A DNA stretch of 32,000 nucleotides, from assembly GCF_014280175.1 (NCBI RefSeq), contig NZ_CP047931.1, positions 2,040,001 to 2,072,000 on the forward strand. The letters run 5' to 3'. The DNA comes from Synechococcus sp. A15-28 (GTDB taxonomy: Bacteria; Cyanobacteriota; Cyanobacteriia; PCC-6307; Cyanobiaceae). Position 1 is the stretch's first letter. Each line of letters opens with the position of its first letter. The position numbers and the translations under genes are program-made. Of this stretch, positions 1-9,911 are shown piece after piece. The notes under the pieces were generated by a model. It searched no databases. It was not told where the DNA came from and saw only the letters and a list, made by a program, of their open reading frames with translations.

Positions 1-570
1 GGAGCCGTGCTCTGGTGGCGAAACCATCAGAACCTGTTCGAATCTCGCCGTCTGCGACGGATCTGGGCTGGGGCCATTGCCCTGTCCTGTTTCTTCACCG
101 TGACGGCCAACCCCAATCAGAGTCTGTCCTGGATGATTCCAGACAGCATCCAACCTTGGATCTACAGAGATCCCGTTGCCCAGCTCCGCCATGGCCAGAG
201 AGCCCTTGATCTGATCAAGACCATTCCGGATCGCAGCACAGTCGCAGCCACCACAGGCCTGATCCCCCACCTGGCCAATCGCGAAGTTCTGATCCGCTTT
301 CCGTACCACGATCGTTATCAGAACCAGGACGGCCAACCCTTTCCAGTGGATTGGGTTGTGGCCGATCTCCACAACCAGCGCCTGTTCCAGACATTCCGCA
401 AACAGCGCCGAGGCCTGAAACGCAATCGCCGCAAGCTCGACGACCTCATCCGACAGGGGTATGGCGTTAAGGCATTTGACGATGGCGTTGTGCTGTTGCA
501 ACGGAAGGGTCAAACCGATGCAGCCGCACAAAAGAAATTCAGAGCGTTTTCTGAATCATTGAATGTCTGA
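1..570 (+). CDS. C-terminal part of a conserved hypothetical membrane-associated protein (DUF2079-like); 5' end lies outside the window
   Basis: Frame 1 is open from nt 1 to the TGA at 568-570 (track ORF 7..570). Third codon positions are G/C-rich. The block ...GLIPHLANREVLIRFPY...VDWVVADL... resembles the C-terminus of DUF2079 proteins, from memory only. Confidence 0.55.
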   Translation, partial: GAVLWWRNHQNLFESRRLRRIWAGAIALSCFFTVTANPNQSLSWMIPDSIQPWIYRDPVAQLRHGQRALDLIKTIPDRSTVAATTGLIPHLANREVLIRFPYHDRYQNQDGQPFPVDWVVADLHNQRLFQTFRKQRRGLKRNRRKLDDLIRQGYGVKAFDDGVVLLQRKGQTDAAAQKKFRAFSESLNV

Positions 571-585
571 GTGGGTCAATCCAAT

Positions 586-622
586 AAAAAAGCCCCCCCG
601 GGACGGGGAGGCTTTGAAAAAA
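586..622 (-). terminator. Rho-independent terminator of psbD (partly bidirectional, between convergent genes)
   Basis: On the minus strand, GCCTCCCCG-TCC-CGGGGGGGC (612..592) forms a 9-bp G/C stem and is followed by TTTTTTATT. On the plus strand the same hairpin is followed only by TTTG. Confidence 0.8.
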
Positions 623-639
623 CAATTTGAACTTCGAAA

Positions 640-1695
640 TCAGAGGGCGTTGCCGCGGGGCAGAACCTCTTCAGGGAAGACGAAGTTTTCGTGCGGCTGG
701 TCAGCCGGTGCCATCCAGGCACGCAGTCCTTCATTAAGAAGGATGTTCTTGGTGTAGAAGGTCTCGAATTCGGGATCTTCTGCAGCGCGGATTTCCTGTG
801 ACACGAAGTCATAGGCGCGCAGGTTGAGGGCCAGGCCGATGATGCCGATGGAGCTGGTCCACAGGCCCATCACAGGAACGAACAGCATGAAGAAGTGCAG
901 CCAGCGCTTGTTGGAGAAGGCGATACCGAAGATCTGACTCCAGAAGCGGTTGGCGGTGACCATGGAATAGGTCTCTTCTTCCTGCGTGGGCTCGAACGCC
1001 TTGAAGGTGTTGGCCTGCTCGCCGTCCTCAAACAGGGTGTTTTCCACGGTGGCGCCGTGAATGGCGCAGAGGAGTGCACCGCCGAGGATGCCGGCGACGC
1101 CCATCATGTGGAAGGGGTTCAGGGTCCAGTTATGGAAGCCCTGGAGGAAGAGAAGGAAGCGGAAGATCGCAGCCACACCGAAGGAGGGCGCGAAGAACCA
1201 GCTGCTCTGGCCGAGGGGGTACATCAGAAAGACACTGACGAACACCGCGATCGGACCGGAGAAGGCGATGGCGTTGTAAGGGCGGATGCCGACCAGACGG
1301 GCGATTTCGAACTGACGCAGCATGAAGCCGATCAGCGCGAAGGCGCCGTGCAGGGCCACGAAGGCCCAGAGGCCGCCGAGCTGACACCAGCGAACGAAGT
1401 CACCCTGGGCTTCAGGGCCCCAGAGCAGCAGGAGGCTGTGACCCATCGCATCAGCGGGGGTGGACACAGCGGCGGTGAGGAAGTTGCAACCTTCCAGGTA
1501 CGAGGAGGCGATGCCGTGGGTGTACCAGGAGGTGACAAAGGTGGTGCCTGTGAGCCAGCCACCGATGGCCAGATAGGCCGTGGGGAAGAGAAGAATGCCG
1601 GACCAGCCGACAAAAACGAAGCGGTCGCGCTTGAGCCAGTCATCGAGGATGTCAAACCATCCCCGCTGAGGCGCGCGTCCTACAGCGATCGTCAT
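640..1695 (-). CDS. psbD: Photosystem II D2 reaction-centre protein
   Basis: The 351-aa ORF is colinear with D2 over its full length ([33 protein letters not shown]...[12 protein letters not shown]). No psbC follows it, so this is a monocistronic copy. Confidence 0.98.
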   Translation of the reverse strand: MTIAVGRAPQRGWFDILDDWLKRDRFVFVGWSGILLFPTAYLAIGGWLTGTTFVTSWYTHGIASSYLEGCNFLTAAVSTPADAMGHSLLLLWGPEAQGDFVRWCQLGGLWAFVALHGAFALIGFMLRQFEIARLVGIRPYNAIAFSGPIAVFVSVFLMYPLGQSSWFFAPSFGVAAIFRFLLFLQGFHNWTLNPFHMMGVAGILGGALLCAIHGATVENTLFEDGEQANTFKAFEPTQEEETYSMVTANRFWSQIFGIAFSNKRWLHFFMLFVPVMGLWTSSIGIIGLALNLRAYDFVSQEIRAAEDPEFETFYTKNILLNEGLRAWMAPADQPHENFVFPEEVLPRGNAL

Positions 1696-1859
1696 GAGAA
1701 AGGCGCTTCATGAAGCGTTACACCACGAGCTTAGGTGGTGTTTTCCGTCCTGGAGCAAGAAATCCGAACCAGAGCGAAACGATGGGTAGAAATGCTCAGG
1801 CCTGAACAGTCAGGGGCGCTGCCGAGCCGCGAGAATATCCATAGTGTGAACCAAAAGCC

Positions 1860-2123
1860 GTGTACGTCATCGAACTGGCCCTGCGCATGAGCCCCGTCCC
1901 GGTGTCGGTGCAACGCAAGGAGGCCGAGGCCGCTGAAACCCTGTACCAGCAGATCCGGCAAGCCCTGGAAAGCGGTCAACCGCGCCTGCTGGAACTCACC
2001 TGCGAGAAAGTGGAAGGCAAGAAGGTCACCCTGCTGATCAGTGAGGTTCTCGCCGTTCAGCTTTATGAGAAGACTGCTGCAACGGGTGGCAGCAAGCGCC
2101 CCGGCTTCTCCTTTGACTCCTGA
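1860..2123 (+). CDS. Small conserved cyanobacterial protein, UPF0367-like
   Basis: 87-aa ORF with a GTG start. The N-terminus [21 protein letters not shown]...LLELTCEK...VLAVQLYEK matches my recollection of the UPF0367 family. An alternative ATG lies at 1887. Confidence 0.6.
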   Translation: MYVIELALRMSPVPVSVQRKEAEAAETLYQQIRQALESGQPRLLELTCEKVEGKKVTLLISEVLAVQLYEKTAATGGSKRPGFSFDS

Positions 2124-2802
2124 GACCGCGACCGCAGAACTTCGGGTCACAAGACTGAGTCATCGCTGGGCCAACGGCCAGACGGTTCTCGACGATTGCA
2201 ATCTCGTCATCCCCGGTCCAGGCCTGTGGATGCTGGTCGGGAGCAATGGCAGCGGCAAGAGCACCCTGTTCCGCCTGATCGCAGGCCTGATCGAACCGCA
2301 ATCCGGATCGATCAGCACAAGTCATCGATCCGCCCTGGTGTTCCAGAACCCGGATCATCAACTGCTGCTGCCGAGCTGCAGCAGCGACCTGATCCTTGGA
2401 ATGGATCCGGATATCGGCAGCAGCGAACGCCGCGAACGCGTCCGCCGGCGACTGGAGGACCTCGGCCTGGCAGGTCTGGAGCACCGACCGATCCATGCCC
2501 TCAGTGGCGGACAGAAACAGCGGCTGGCCATTGCCGGAGCCCTGGCCAGCGAGGCGAGCCTGCTCCTGCTGGATGAGCCCACAGCCCTGCTCGATCCGGA
2601 CTCTCAGACCAGCGTGCTCGCTGCCGTACGCGAGCTCTGCGGGAGATCCGAGGCTCCCCTCACGGCTCTGTGGATCACCCACAGATTGGAAGAGCTGGCC
2701 TGTGCCGACGGCGCTGCGCATATGAGCGACGGCAAAGTTGGCCCATGGATGTCAGGAACAGATCTGCAACGACGCTTGCAGCACGGGAGCTCTGACAGGT
2801 AA
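2113..2802 (+). CDS. ABC transporter ATP-binding protein (ECF/CbiO-like), with no adjacent permease
   Basis: Walker [10 protein letters not shown], signature LSGGQKQR and Walker B LLLLDEP are present. The ORF is open from 2041. Candidate starts are TTG 2113 (normal spacing to Walker A), ATG 2065 and GTG 2041; all of them overlap the upstream gene. Confidence 0.85.
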   Translation: MTPETATAELRVTRLSHRWANGQTVLDDCNLVIPGPGLWMLVGSNGSGKSTLFRLIAGLIEPQSGSISTSHRSALVFQNPDHQLLLPSCSSDLILGMDPDIGSSERRERVRRRLEDLGLAGLEHRPIHALSGGQKQRLAIAGALASEASLLLLDEPTALLDPDSQTSVLAAVRELCGRSEAPLTALWITHRLEELACADGAAHMSDGKVGPWMSGTDLQRRLQHGSSDR

Positions 2803-2818
2803 GTTCTTCGGGAGCCAT

Positions 2819-2890
2819 TCCTCGGTAGCTCAGCGGTAGAGCGGTCGACTGTTAATCGATTGGTCGCAGGTTCGAATCCCGCCCGGGGAG
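2819..2890 (+). tRNA. tRNA-Asn (anticodon GTT)
   Basis: Cloverleaf read by eye. Acceptor stem TCCTCGG/CCGGGGA, D-arm TAGCTCAGCGGTAGAGC, anticodon loop CTGTTAA, T-loop GGTTCGAATCC. One A-C mismatch in the T stem. The 3' CCA is not encoded. Confidence 0.9.
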
Positions 2891-2896
2891 CTAGAA

Positions 2897-2924
2897 AGCC
2901 ACAGCGTTTGCTGTGGCTTTTTTA
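2897..2924 (+). terminator. Rho-independent terminator after tRNA-Asn
   Basis: AGCCACAGC-GTTT-GCTGTGGCT gives a perfect 9-bp stem, followed by TTTTTTA. Confidence 0.85.
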
Positions 2925-3169
2925 TTGACAAAAAAGGAATTTTCATGACAGGGGATTGCCTGAAGCGGAAGACTTCCTGAACAGCCGCCTCACCGCAACC
3001 GACGCATAAAAGCCAAGATCGATGGCAGCGCAATGGGTTTCAGGGGTTATCCCGAATTTCCTCCCGCAACGCAGAATCTGCAGTCACTCGAAAAGCTTGA
3101 GAGAATCCGTTCAGCGTCGATCACGAAGACCAGCGCTCCGTTTTCTTTTCTTGTTCCGCCACCAGATCG

Positions 3170-3958
3170 ATGAAGCCTTGCATCCTGCTGATCGAAGACG
3201 ACCAGGACATGCGCGACCTGGTGAGTGGCCACCTGGAACACAGCGGCTTTGACGTTCAGCGTGCCGACGACGGCATCAAAGGTCAGGCCCTCGCGCTTCA
3301 GTACACGCCGGATCTGATCCTGCTGGATCTGATGCTTCCCAAGGTGGATGGGCTGACCCTGTGCCAGCGCCTGCGTCGTGACGACCGCACCGCCGGCATT
3401 CCGATCCTGATGCTGACGGCCCTCGGCGGCACCAAGGACAAGGTCAGCGGCTTCAACTCAGGCGCCGACGACTACCTCACCAAGCCATTTGACCTGGAGG
3501 AGCTCCAGGCACGGGTCAAGGCACTCCTGCGCCGCAGCGATCGTGCTCCCGTTGGATCAAGCAATCACAACGAAATCCTCAGTTACGGCCCCCTCACCCT
3601 GGTGCCCGAACGGTTTGAAGCCATCTGGTTTGACAATCCAGTGCGCCTGACCCATCTGGAATTCGAACTGCTCCATTGCCTCTTGCAACGCCACGGGCAG
3701 ACCGTCGCCCCATCCCTGATCCTCAAAGAGGTCTGGGGATACGAGCCGGACGATGACATCGAAACGATTCGGGTTCACGTGCGTCATCTGCGCACGAAAC
3801 TCGAACCCGATCCGCGCAAGCCACGCTTCATCAAGACTGTCTATGGAGCCGGGTACTGCCTGGAGCTGCCCATCGGTGGAGAGTTGGACGACCTTCAGGA
3901 TGTGATCGCCATCGCCCGCAACGACCGCAACCAAGAGAGCGAACGGGCCAGCGCCTGA
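3170..3958 (+). CDS. rpaA: OmpR-family response regulator RpaA (circadian/light output regulator)
   Basis: Receiver domain [11 protein letters not shown]...[10 protein letters not shown]...TKPF. The winged-helix blocks [38 protein letters not shown] and [12 protein letters not shown] match S. elongatus RpaA as I remember it. Confidence 0.9.
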   Translation: MKPCILLIEDDQDMRDLVSGHLEHSGFDVQRADDGIKGQALALQYTPDLILLDLMLPKVDGLTLCQRLRRDDRTAGIPILMLTALGGTKDKVSGFNSGADDYLTKPFDLEELQARVKALLRRSDRAPVGSSNHNEILSYGPLTLVPERFEAIWFDNPVRLTHLEFELLHCLLQRHGQTVAPSLILKEVWGYEPDDDIETIRVHVRHLRTKLEPDPRKPRFIKTVYGAGYCLELPIGGELDDLQDVIAIARNDRNQESERASA

Positions 3959-3960
3959 GC

Positions 3961-4902
3961 TCAGTCCCGGCTGGTCAGCTCCAGCAACGCAACTTCCCAG
4001 GCCAGGCGCGGCTGCACGAACGACAGCAACTGACGCCGCAGCGTTTCCAACCGCTGCAGGGGACGTTCGCCGGCCCCACGGGACCAGAGTTGCTGTTGCC
4101 ACCAGTTGATCAGCCACAGCTGCTGCTCACCATCGAGGGCCTCGCACAGATCCCTCGCCAGAGCCAGGGCCTCCATCGGCTTGTCTGGCATCGAGGCCAG
4201 GCGCCCCGTGAGCTCCTCGGGCAATCCGGCGCGCTGACGCCGATGCTCCAACAGGGCACCCGGAGAGCCAGCGGCCATGGCCAGCAGTTCGGGCGGATCC
4301 TGCTCCAGCGCTCCACAGCCCTGCAGCACCCGGTTCAGATCGTCCTGGCCCAGCCGCAGGAAACGAATCAGCTGACAGCGGGAACGGATGGTGCTCAGCA
4401 AGCGCTCCGGTGCCGCCGAAAGCAGAATCAACAACCCATGGCCGGGTTCCTCCAGGGTCTTCAACAGCGCATTGGCCGCGGCCTCGGGCATGGCTTCGAC
4501 CGACTCGATCACCACCATGCCCCGCGCTGCCTCCACCGGTTGTCGTGCCAGGAAGCGGCTGATCGAACGCACCTGCTCCAGACGCAGCTGAGGTGGCGTA
4601 CGGCGGCTGATGCCCGCCTCCTCGGCTTCCTCCCGCGTGAGCAGACGCCCCTGATGCTGAAACGTCGGCTCGACCCAGAGCAGATCTGGATGGTTGCGTG
4701 CCTCCAGCCGCCGGCGCTGCCGCTGCGAGGGTTGCCCCGCCCCGAGCACGCCTTCCAGAAACCGCAAGGCGGCAAACCGCCGACCGACACCGTCAGGCCC
4801 GGCAAACAGATAAGCCGGTGCCAGCTGCTGCCGGTCCAGGCCGGCCGTCAGCAGATCCACTGCCAGAGGCTGACCGATCAGGTCGTCGAACAGGGCCGTC
4901 AT
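3961..4902 (-). CDS. holB: DNA polymerase III delta-prime subunit
   Basis: MTALFDDLIGQPLAVDLLTAGL...APAYLFAGPDGVGRR... is a clamp-loader AAA+ fold. The ATG at 4902 overlaps the tmk stop (ATGA). The track ORF extends to 4980, but that stretch is probably not translated. Confidence 0.85.
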   Translation of the reverse strand: MTALFDDLIGQPLAVDLLTAGLDRQQLAPAYLFAGPDGVGRRFAALRFLEGVLGAGQPSQRQRRRLEARNHPDLLWVEPTFQHQGRLLTREEAEEAGISRRTPPQLRLEQVRSISRFLARQPVEAARGMVVIESVEAMPEAAANALLKTLEEPGHGLLILLSAAPERLLSTIRSRCQLIRFLRLGQDDLNRVLQGCGALEQDPPELLAMAAGSPGALLEHRRQRAGLPEELTGRLASMPDKPMEALALARDLCEALDGEQQLWLINWWQQQLWSRGAGERPLQRLETLRRQLLSFVQPRLAWEVALLELTSRD

Positions 4903-5528
4903 CCCAGCCGGTCCATCAGTTCCTTCTCCAAGGCACGACTCACCGCCTCCGGCGGACGATCGGCGGCAATGGCCGACCATCCGCGCTGCTCAGCAATGAC
5001 CGCAAAGCCGTCGATCACACGCTGCAAAAACTCCTGACCCTCCGCTTCGATGCGGTCGGCCTGAGCACCCTGGCGCCGCCGCAAGCTCTCCTCCAGCGGC
5101 AGGGTCAGCCAGAGGGTGAGATCCGGCTGCAGACCAGCGGTGGCGATCATCTCCAGCTGATCGATGAGCTGGCGATCAAGGCCCCGTCCATGGCCCTGAT
5201 AGGCCAGGGTCGAGCCGGAGAAACGATCGCTGATCACCCAATCGCCCCGGTCCAGGGCTGGACGAATCAGCCGCTCGACATGCTGGGCTCGATCCGCTGC
5301 GTAGAGCAACAGTTCCGCCGTTGGCGCCGGAGCCTGCTCCGCTCTGGTGTGCAGCAGGAGCTCGCGCACCGAGCGCCCCAGCGGCGTCCCCCCCGGTTCC
5401 CGGGTGCTCACCAGGGCAGCGCCATCGGGCATCAGGCCACTGCCCGGCAGCCATTGCAGCAGATGGTCGAGCTGCGTGGATTTGCCGCAGCCATCAACCC
5501 CGTCGAGAACGATGAAGCGACCGCTCAT
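4899..5528 (-). CDS. tmk: Thymidylate kinase
   Basis: [19 protein letters not shown] (P-loop) and the ...SDRF...AYQG... motifs. The ATG overlaps the stop of the upstream ATPase gene (ATGA at 5525-5528). Confidence 0.92.
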   Translation of the reverse strand: MSGRFIVLDGVDGCGKSTQLDHLLQWLPGSGLMPDGAALVSTREPGGTPLGRSVRELLLHTRAEQAPAPTAELLLYAADRAQHVERLIRPALDRGDWVISDRFSGSTLAYQGHGRGLDRQLIDQLEMIATAGLQPDLTLWLTLPLEESLRRRQGAQADRIEAEGQEFLQRVIDGFAVIAEQRGWSAIAADRPPEAVSRALEKELMDRLG

Positions 5529-7840
5529 GCCACCCGCAACAACAGGGCATTAAGCACCACCGTGATCGAACTGATCGCCATCAGCAAGGCGGCCAGAGGC
5601 GGAGACAGCAGCACACCCTGGCTCGGCAACAGGGCACCGGCGGCAAGGGGCAGAACGATCAGGTTGTAGCCAAAGGCCCAGAAGAGGTTCTGCCGGACCT
5701 TGGCCAGGGTGCGACGGGCCAGGGTCAACGCCTCCGGCAGGTTGTCGAGGCGGTCACCCATCAGCACCATGCCAGCGCTGTCCTGGGCGATCTGGGTGCC
5801 GGTGCCGATGGCGATGCCCAGGTCCGCCGCGGCCAGAGCCGGTGCATCGTTGATGCCATCGCCCACCATGGCCACCCTCTCCTGTTGGCGCAGCCGCTCC
5901 AGGCGCTGCAGCTTCTGCTCCGGCAGCATCTGCCAGCCAAGATCGACCGCTTCAAAGCCCAGCTGCTGTCCCAACCCCCGCACCGCTGGCTCGCGGTCGC
6001 CGCTGAAGATCGCCAGGGCCAGTCCCTGCTGGCGCAACCGGTCCAGGGCGGGCTCCACATCGGCACGGAGCTGGTCCTCGATCTGCACCAGCCCCAGCAA
6101 CGCGCGTCCATGGGCTACCGCCACCACAGAGCCATCGGCCTGAGCCAGCCAGGTTCTGGCCTCATCGCTGACGGCGACATCGAAGGACTCCAGCCAGTCG
6201 GGACGGCCCACCCGGATCGGCTCAGGCCAACCCGCCAGCTCACCGACCAGCCCCTGTCCGGACACGGTGGTGACCTGCGCTGGCTCCAACAGGGTCAACT
6301 CCCGACGCTGCGCCTCCTGCAGCAGGGCATGGGCCAGGGGATGCCGACTGCTCTGCTCGAGGCTGGCGGAAAGCTGCAGCACCTGAGACGGATCCTCGCC
6401 CCAAACATCGGTCACCAGGGGGCGACCGAGGGTGAGGGTGCCGGTCTTGTCGAACACCACACGATCAAGGCTGGCGGCGGTTTCAATCACATCACCGCCG
6501 CGAAACAGCCATCCCCGTTGTGCGGCAAGACCGGTGGCCACCGTGATCACGGTGGGGGTCGCCAAGCCGAGGGCGCAGGGGCAGGCCACCACCAGCACCG
6601 CGATCGACAGCTGCAACGCCAGACCAACCGGAGAGGTGGCGCCACTGCCGAGGCCGCCATGGTGCATGGCATGGCTGCTGGACATCGGATGTCCCTGGGG
6701 CATGCCTGGCGCTGAGGCCTGCAGCACCTGGGGCCAATGATCGGCACCGAACAACCACCAGAACAGAAAGGTGGCCAGGGCCAGAGCGATCACGCCATAA
6801 CAGAAGCGTCCGGCCACCCGATCCGCCAGCCCCTGGATCGGAGCCCGTCGCGCCTGGGCCTGCTCCACCAGGCGAATGATGCGAGCCAAGGCCGTTTCCG
6901 ACCCAACCCGGGTGACCTCCAGCACGAGTGGAGCATCGAGGTTGAGACTGCCGGCGGACAGCTCAAGGCCAGGCTCGGCCTGCCAGGGCAACGGTTCACC
7001 GGTGAGGCTGGAGGCATCCACCGCTGAATGCCCCTCCACCACCACACCATCCACAGGCACACGGTCCCCCGCCAGCAGCTGCAGCCGCTCACCGGGGCGC
7101 AGTGCTCCGACGCGCACCTCCCGGATGGCGCCATCCGGCAGCACCAGGCGGGCCGTATCGGGTTGCAGCTGGGCCAACTGGTGCAGGGCCTGGCCAGTGC
7201 GGAAACGGGCCCGCTCCTCCAGAAAGCGACCCAGCAACACAAAACCCAGCAGCATCACCGGCTCGTTGAAAAAACAGGGCCAGCCCACCTGGGGCCAGAT
7301 CAGGGCCACAAGGCTCGCCGTGTAGGCGCTACCCACCCCCAGACCCACCAGGGTGTCCATGCTGGGGGCACCCACTCGGGCCGCGGCAAAACCACCCCGA
7401 AGAATCGGTCGACCGGGGCCCAGCAGGGCCACCGTGGCCAGAGAGGCATGGAACGGCAGGCTGCCGACCAGCGGCAAGAACAGGTGACCGGCTTCGCTGA
7501 GGTGACCGAACACCGACAGCAGCAGCAGCGTGAGGGCCACCATCAGTTGACGCCACTGCTGCCACCAGGTCAGCCCCGCCCCCCCCGCCACCGGCCGTGC
7601 CGCCGACGGCTCCAGGGAGCGTTCACGGGCCGGAAACCCGCGGCTGGCCAGGGCACCGAGCACCGCATCCACACTGCCTTGAGGCTCCTCTAAATCCAGC
7701 CAGGCCGCCCGGCTCACCAGGTTCACATCGGCCCGGTGCACCCCCGGCTGCTCCAGCAGGGTGCGCTCCACGGCACGCACACAGCCTCCGCATTTCATCC
7801 CCTCCACATCGAGGACGACGGTCTGGACCGCTGGACTCAC
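5525..7840 (-). CDS. Copper-translocating P1B-type ATPase (CtaA/PacS family)
   Basis: 771 aa with a GTG start. N-terminal HMA domain GMKCGGC, CPC transmembrane motif [13 protein letters not shown], phosphorylation site DKTGTLT and hinge [10 protein letters not shown]. Confidence 0.93.
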   Translation of the reverse strand: MSPAVQTVVLDVEGMKCGGCVRAVERTLLEQPGVHRADVNLVSRAAWLDLEEPQGSVDAVLGALASRGFPARERSLEPSAARPVAGGAGLTWWQQWRQLMVALTLLLLSVFGHLSEAGHLFLPLVGSLPFHASLATVALLGPGRPILRGGFAAARVGAPSMDTLVGLGVGSAYTASLVALIWPQVGWPCFFNEPVMLLGFVLLGRFLEERARFRTGQALHQLAQLQPDTARLVLPDGAIREVRVGALRPGERLQLLAGDRVPVDGVVVEGHSAVDASSLTGEPLPWQAEPGLELSAGSLNLDAPLVLEVTRVGSETALARIIRLVEQAQARRAPIQGLADRVAGRFCYGVIALALATFLFWWLFGADHWPQVLQASAPGMPQGHPMSSSHAMHHGGLGSGATSPVGLALQLSIAVLVVACPCALGLATPTVITVATGLAAQRGWLFRGGDVIETAASLDRVVFDKTGTLTLGRPLVTDVWGEDPSQVLQLSASLEQSSRHPLAHALLQEAQRRELTLLEPAQVTTVSGQGLVGELAGWPEPIRVGRPDWLESFDVAVSDEARTWLAQADGSVVAVAHGRALLGLVQIEDQLRADVEPALDRLRQQGLALAIFSGDREPAVRGLGQQLGFEAVDLGWQMLPEQKLQRLERLRQQERVAMVGDGINDAPALAAADLGIAIGTGTQIAQDSAGMVLMGDRLDNLPEALTLARRTLAKVRQNLFWAFGYNLIVLPLAAGALLPSQGVLLSPPLAALLMAISSITVVLNALLLRVA

Positions 7841-7914
7841 GAGCGCCTGTTCGTTATGGCAACGCTAGGTCGGTTGCTGGCCCCGTCAGGATGGGGGCCT
7901 TCCGCCGGAGCGCC

Positions 7915-8436
7915 GTGCCCCGCAGTAACCGCAACGACAACTTCATCGACAAGAGCTTCACGGTGATGGCGGACCTGATCGTCAAGCTGCTGCCGATCAA
8001 CGCCCGTTCCAAGGAGGCCTACGTCTATTACCGCGATGGCCTCTCCGCCCAGAACGATGGGGACTACGCCGAAGCGCTGGAGAACTACGACGAGGCGCTG
8101 AAACTCGAGGACAACCCCACCGACCGTGGAGAAACCCTCAAGAACATGGCGATCATCTACATGTCCAACGGCGAGGAGCAGCGAGCGATCGAGACGTACC
8201 GCAGAGCCCTGGACGAGAACTCCAATCAGCCGTCCTGCCTCAAGAACATGGGGCTGATCTTTGAGAAGTGGGGGCGGATCGCTGAAGAGGACGGCCGCCA
8301 GGACGATGCCGATCGCTGGTTCGACCAGGCCGCGGAGGCCTGGACCCAGGCGGTGCGCCTCAACCCCGGCGGCTACCTGGACATCGAGAACTGGTTGAAA
8401 TCCACTGGGCGCAGCAACGTCGACGTCTACTTCTGA
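7915..8436 (+). CDS. ycf3: Photosystem I assembly protein Ycf3 (TPR)
   Basis: From GTG 7915 the product is 173 aa, (M)[41 protein letters not shown]...[11 protein letters not shown], which is the canonical Ycf3 N-terminus and length. An alternative ATG lies at 7891. The track ORF from 7597 is an antisense read-through artefact. Confidence 0.92.
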   Translation: MPRSNRNDNFIDKSFTVMADLIVKLLPINARSKEAYVYYRDGLSAQNDGDYAEALENYDEALKLEDNPTDRGETLKNMAIIYMSNGEEQRAIETYRRALDENSNQPSCLKNMGLIFEKWGRIAEEDGRQDDADRWFDQAAEAWTQAVRLNPGGYLDIENWLKSTGRSNVDVYF

Positions 8437-9821
8437 TCCGTCACGTCCTCACCGAGGGCGAGCACCAGGGCCTCGGTGACCCCATCGGCCTCCAGCAGGG
8501 CGAGATCAAGACCGGCGGCCAGCGACCCGAGCCCGCTGCCGCGGGGCACCACCGCCCGCCGGAATCCGAGCCGAGCCGCCTCCTGCAGGCGCAACTCCAG
8601 CTGACCGACCGGTCTGAGCTGCCCCCCCAGGCCCAGCTCGCCGACCAGCACCGTCCCCGGCGGCAGGGTGAGATCGCGAAAACTGGCCACCACCGCAGCG
8701 GCCACGCCAAGATCCGCCGCCGGCTCCTCCACCTCCAGCCCACCGGCCACGGCCAGATAGCAGTCGAAGCGGGAGAGGGGTAATCCCATGTGCTTTTCCA
8801 GCACCGCCAGAATCTGGTGAAGTCGGTTGGTGCCGATGCCCGTGGCGGTGCGTCGGGGGCTGGCGTAGCTGGTGACATTGACCAGGGCCTGCAGGTCCAC
8901 CACCAGCGAGCGGGATCCCTCACAGGCCACGATCGTGGCGACACCCGAGGCACGGGTTTCACTCAGGAACAGCTCGCTGGGGTTGCTCACCTCCTCCAGG
9001 CCCTGGGCCTGCATCTCGAACAGCCCCAGTTCATGGGTGGCTCCGAAACGGTTTTTCACGGCCCGCAACAGCCGGTGACTGGCAAAGCGGTCCCCTTCGA
9101 AGGTGAGCACCGCATCCACCAGGTGCTCCAGAACCTTGGGTCCCGCCAGCATGCCCTCCTTGGTCACATGCCCCACCAGCAGCATTGCCGTGGTCTGGCG
9201 TTTGGCCAGACGCTGCAGAGCGGCGGCACACTCCCGCACCTGACCAACGGAACCGGGTGCACTGGGGAGATTGGCGTCATGGAGGGCCTGGATGCTGTCG
9301 ATGATCGCCACGGCGGGCCGCAGGGCCTCGAGCTCCTCAAGCACCAGGTCCAGATCGGTTTCCGCCAGCAGCTGCAGATCCGATGCCCCTCCGGCGAGCC
9401 GCTGCCAACGCAGCTTCACCTGCTGGGCCGATTCCTCTGCGCTGACGTACAGCACGGAGGTGTGAGCCGCCATGGCCGATGCGCTCTGAAGCAGCAGCGT
9501 GCTCTTCCCAATGCCCGGGTCACCCCCCACCAGCACCAGGGAACCCGGCACCAGCCCGCCTCCGAGCACCCGATTGAACTCTCCGGATCCGGTCTGCAGT
9601 CGTTGAATCGGCTGATCCTCCAGCGAAGCCATCGCCGTGGAGCGTTTCGGCGTCGGCGGTTGCTCCACATCCGGCCCTCGGCGTCGCCGCCGCCCATCGC
9701 TGACCGGCTGCGATTGCTCGACGAGGGAATTCCAGCTGCCGCACTCCGGACAACGCCCAAAGAACTGGCGTGACTGGGCTCCACAGACCTGACAGTGGAA
9801 AACAACGGTGGATTTGGGCAC
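8427..9821 (-). CDS. radA: DNA repair protein RadA/Sms
   Basis: Zinc ribbon [23 protein letters not shown], Walker [15 protein letters not shown] motif and a Lon-like C-terminal domain. GTG start. Confidence 0.95.
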   Translation of the reverse strand: MPKSTVVFHCQVCGAQSRQFFGRCPECGSWNSLVEQSQPVSDGRRRRRGPDVEQPPTPKRSTAMASLEDQPIQRLQTGSGEFNRVLGGGLVPGSLVLVGGDPGIGKSTLLLQSASAMAAHTSVLYVSAEESAQQVKLRWQRLAGGASDLQLLAETDLDLVLEELEALRPAVAIIDSIQALHDANLPSAPGSVGQVRECAAALQRLAKRQTTAMLLVGHVTKEGMLAGPKVLEHLVDAVLTFEGDRFASHRLLRAVKNRFGATHELGLFEMQAQGLEEVSNPSELFLSETRASGVATIVACEGSRSLVVDLQALVNVTSYASPRRTATGIGTNRLHQILAVLEKHMGLPLSRFDCYLAVAGGLEVEEPAADLGVAAAVVASFRDLTLPPGTVLVGELGLGGQLRPVGQLELRLQEAARLGFRRAVVPRGSGLGSLAAGLDLALLEADGVTEALVLALGEDVTDQK

Positions 9822-9911
9822 TGCGAACTGTGAAGAAAGTTGCCTTTAGGTGAACGGGACGGGGGTCAGACCTTTTATCTGTGGCGAGAAGAACAAAACG
9901 CCCCAGGCGTC

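Noticed and set aside
895-1713. 272-aa plus-strand ORF opposite psbD.
   Set aside because: It is the mirror frame of psbD, and its Gly/Glu/Asp-rich product is implausible.
1715-1722. GTTACACC, resembling one half of an RpaB HLR1 site near the psbD start.
   Set aside because: HLR1 needs two direct repeats 2 nt apart, and the second half (GAGCTTAG) does not match. The position, about 20 nt from the ATG, is also odd for a promoter element.
2830-3033. 67-aa minus-strand ORF.
   Set aside because: It overlaps the tRNA-Asn and its terminator, so it is incidental.
2925-3169. 245-nt lower-GC gap between the tRNA-Asn terminator and rpaA, starting with a perfect TTGACA. Considered as a possible sRNA or promoter.
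   Set aside because: There is no -10-like hexamer 16-18 nt downstream of TTGACA. I could find no terminator hairpin or convincing structure. It is most simply the rpaA promoter and leader region, and TSS data would be needed to say more.
4090-5669. Two long plus-strand ORFs (4090..5037 and 4698..5669) opposite holB, tmk and the ATPase gene.
   Set aside because: They are antisense to three motif-verified genes. The translations are Arg/Gln/Pro-rich with no domain signatures.
7597-7914. Upstream extension of the ycf3 ORF, giving the 279-aa version.
   Set aside because: The extension runs antisense through the 5' end of the ATPase gene and is Pro/Arg/Ala-rich. Canonical Ycf3 is 173 aa and begins at the [12 protein letters not shown] block, reached from GTG 7915.
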